This document shows, piece after piece, positions 61,661 to 64,000 of a DNA stretch of 64,000 nt. The DNA is taken from positions 72,354,001 to 72,418,000 of the forward strand of contig NC_043006.1 of assembly GCF_006345805.1 (NCBI RefSeq). Reading direction: 5' to 3'. The DNA comes from Octopus sinensis. Its lineage: Eukaryota. Position numbers and translations under genes: made by a program. Position 1 is the stretch's first letter, and every line of letters starts with the position of its first letter. Under the pieces are notes generated by a model, which was given only the letters and a program-made list of their open reading frames with translations, was not told the DNA's origin and searched no databases.

Positions 61661-63904
61661 AAGATGAAAGGAACAGATTTACAACTGCTATAAAGTGGTA
61701 GCAGAGGGAACAACAAAGAAGTAATTGAGGGGGTTAGAGTATGACAGGAGAAAGGGAAGGAATTTGTGACAGAGGTTAATGAGAAAAGGGGGTGGGGTAA
61801 ATAGGAAAGGTGATAGTATGAGTTGTATAGGGAGGTACAAGGACTATCCTATGGACAAAAGGTAAGGAGAAGGGGCTAGGAAGGGAGCAACTGACTAAGG
61901 TGGATAAGAATCCTGAGTCAATGAAAATGGGAGCAGGGGATAATAGGCCAGAGGGGGGAGGATGAGAATGGACACTGAGGAGGTAGAGAGGCTGTGGAGA
62001 GAGGGCAGTGAGACAGAAAATGTGCTGGATCTGGAGGATACCATAGTGAATAGTGGGGATGCAGTGGATGGATCCCAAATGGAAAGGCAGTGGATGGAGA
62101 ATAGCGAGAAGGGTGGGTGGTGAGATAAAAATAAGAGGAGGTGGTTGGTGGCAATACAAACGAGAAAACAATATAATTACATGCACCCAATGGAGTCATT
62201 AACAAGCCATTATAAGGATTACTAATCAGAAATATAAATTATCCATACTGTTAGAGCAGTGTACCACCATTAACACTAACACTCAGACATGTTGACATTT
62301 ACTGAAAGAAAAAAACTTTTGGAACAATTCCTAATATTGCACATGTAAATCACATGGCTGGAGTAATGTATGTCACCTAATGGATATCCATAACAAATGA
62401 TTCCCACTTTAAAAAAAAATTACATACATACAAGAACATATAAACAATGCCAAGAGCAGAGGTTATAGCTTAAAGGAAATAAACCTATTCAAATCCAATT
62501 TTAAAGGTCTGATGCTCAATACAGACAGTAACAATCTAATTTGTAAACTATTTAATTTTATCACAAAATGATAATTAACATGGAAATTTTTTTTTGTTTT
62601 TATATTTTCTTTCATAATATAAACTCTCTGAGATTACAGCCCATCAACAAAATTATGCAGCGTTGTTTCGTTTCTTTTTTATTTTTATACAAACATGCAA
62701 ACTCAAGTGAAAATAATGACTAATAATTAGCTAGATGCTCTAGATTTGTGCACTAACATAGGGCCTCTTAGTTTTTATTAATCTGATTTATATAAAGACA
62801 TGGCAATAGCAATGATATGATTATAGCATTGAGTTATAATTGGAATAGCTGTTAGTGAATGAGAATGGTCTAGTTGGGTGTAAAGCAGTTAGAGAAAGCA
62901 GAAACATCAAATATGAACATCAGAAATAACAAGTGAGGAGATGGAAAGTGTTTCACTACAAACTATTCCAAAGTTTTGGATAACATCCAAACGGGAGGTC
63001 ATTTGGCATGCTCAACTAAAGCTAGCATATTTACACACCCTTAAAAGGAAAATGTAATAATTCAACTAAACAAATAAGTAGATTAAAAATGTGTATGTAT
63101 GAGTGTGTACATGAGTGACTATGAATATATAAATTTGTACACCTTTGTATATCTGTTTATGTATCCATATCTCTGTATCTATGTATGAATGTGCACATAT
63201 GTATGTGTACATATGTGCTTATGCCTGTGTGTATATCTAAGAGACACAGGAGCAAGTATATTATAATGTTACAGTTTAGTAAAAATAAGCTGTAACACAA
63301 GTTTATACACCAAGTTCTAGATAATCTAGTTTTTTTTCCCCACTATCTTGTGGAAAAAAAAAAAAAAGAATATGAAATATGAAAACACTGTTTTCATATT
63401 TCCATGGATCTGAAATAGCTGTAAGGCAAGATATCATTATAAATACTAACTGACAAACATGAAGAGAGACACTTATTTGTTGTTTAACCTGATTACAGGT
63501 TTACCAACGAATCCATAGTGACAGTTCATTAGTAAGGTAGTATTCAAATTATTTAGTAACCACACCTCAGCTCACACAACATGAACACACTGAAGCTCTA
63601 TTTTCATTTAGGTTATTGATTTCAGTTTTAGAGATCTGATAAAAAGTTTATAACAGAAAAAAAAAAACACTACAAACTCAAATTTCATAAGATAAACAAT
63701 TTTCATAAAAATTGAAATGAGAAAATGTTAAATTCACATCAAGTAAACCTGTAGTAGTAGTAGTAGTAGTAGTAGTAGTTTATTTATAGCTCTAGAAATT
63801 TAACCTAGTAGTGCCTAAATCCTCAATATTACATACAATAATAACTTAAGCTTTTTTTCAACTGTAAACATTTAGATTTTCTCAGATATATATATATATA
63901 TATA

Positions 63905-63990
63905 TATAAAATCATTTTAACATCCATTTTTCCATGCTTGCACAGGTCATGTATAATTTGTTGAGACAGATGTTATCTCTCTCTCTCTCT
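63905..63990 (-). mobile_element. RTE-tail-type fragment at the window edge
   Basis: ATCATTTTAACATCCATTTTTCCATGCTTGC. Confidence 0.5.
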
Positions 63991-64000
63991 CTCTCTCTCT

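Noticed and set aside
61776-62205. Pro/Ser/Leu-rich ORFs from purine/pyrimidine-skewed tracts (also 7.9-8.4, 12.4-12.7 and 37.5-37.9 kb)
   Set aside because: Low-complexity GA/CT-rich segments associated with retroelement 3' UTRs; compositional ORFs only.

Overview
AT-rich, repeat-dense eukaryotic DNA. The SINE/LINE families and the (TA)n/(CA)n/(GAT)n landscape point to a coleoid cephalopod, most likely Octopus (inference). One host coding exon is recognisable: the last coding exon of a Bcl-2/Bcl-xL-like gene on the minus strand (29083-29223; end of BH2 plus the transmembrane anchor). A long, TE-poor putative 3' UTR follows it (toward about 16.9 kb). The upstream intron appears to run more than 34 kb, past the window end. 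The rest is mobile-element debris: a full-length DD36E (Incomer-type) Tc1/mariner plus a truncated sister copy fused to a mariner; a rosa-like element; RTE, CR1/L2 and L1/Tx1 LINE fragments; a Penelope-like GIY-YIG remnant; several tRNA-derived SINE families; and piggyBac-, mariner-, Helitron-like and 8-bp-TSD non-autonomous elements. The most interesting signal is in the fold-back (palindromic) elements. Three sequence-unrelated fold-backs (15.1, 35.4, 55.9 kb), a weaker fourth (9.3 kb) and one solo copy (5.4 kb) each carry a minimal type-I hammerhead-ribozyme-like motif of the Penelope type. The core 3:8 base pair covaries between families (C:G, G:C, U:A). Most repeat boundaries were read by eye and are approximate (+/-10-30 nt) unless TIRs or TSDs are quoted.
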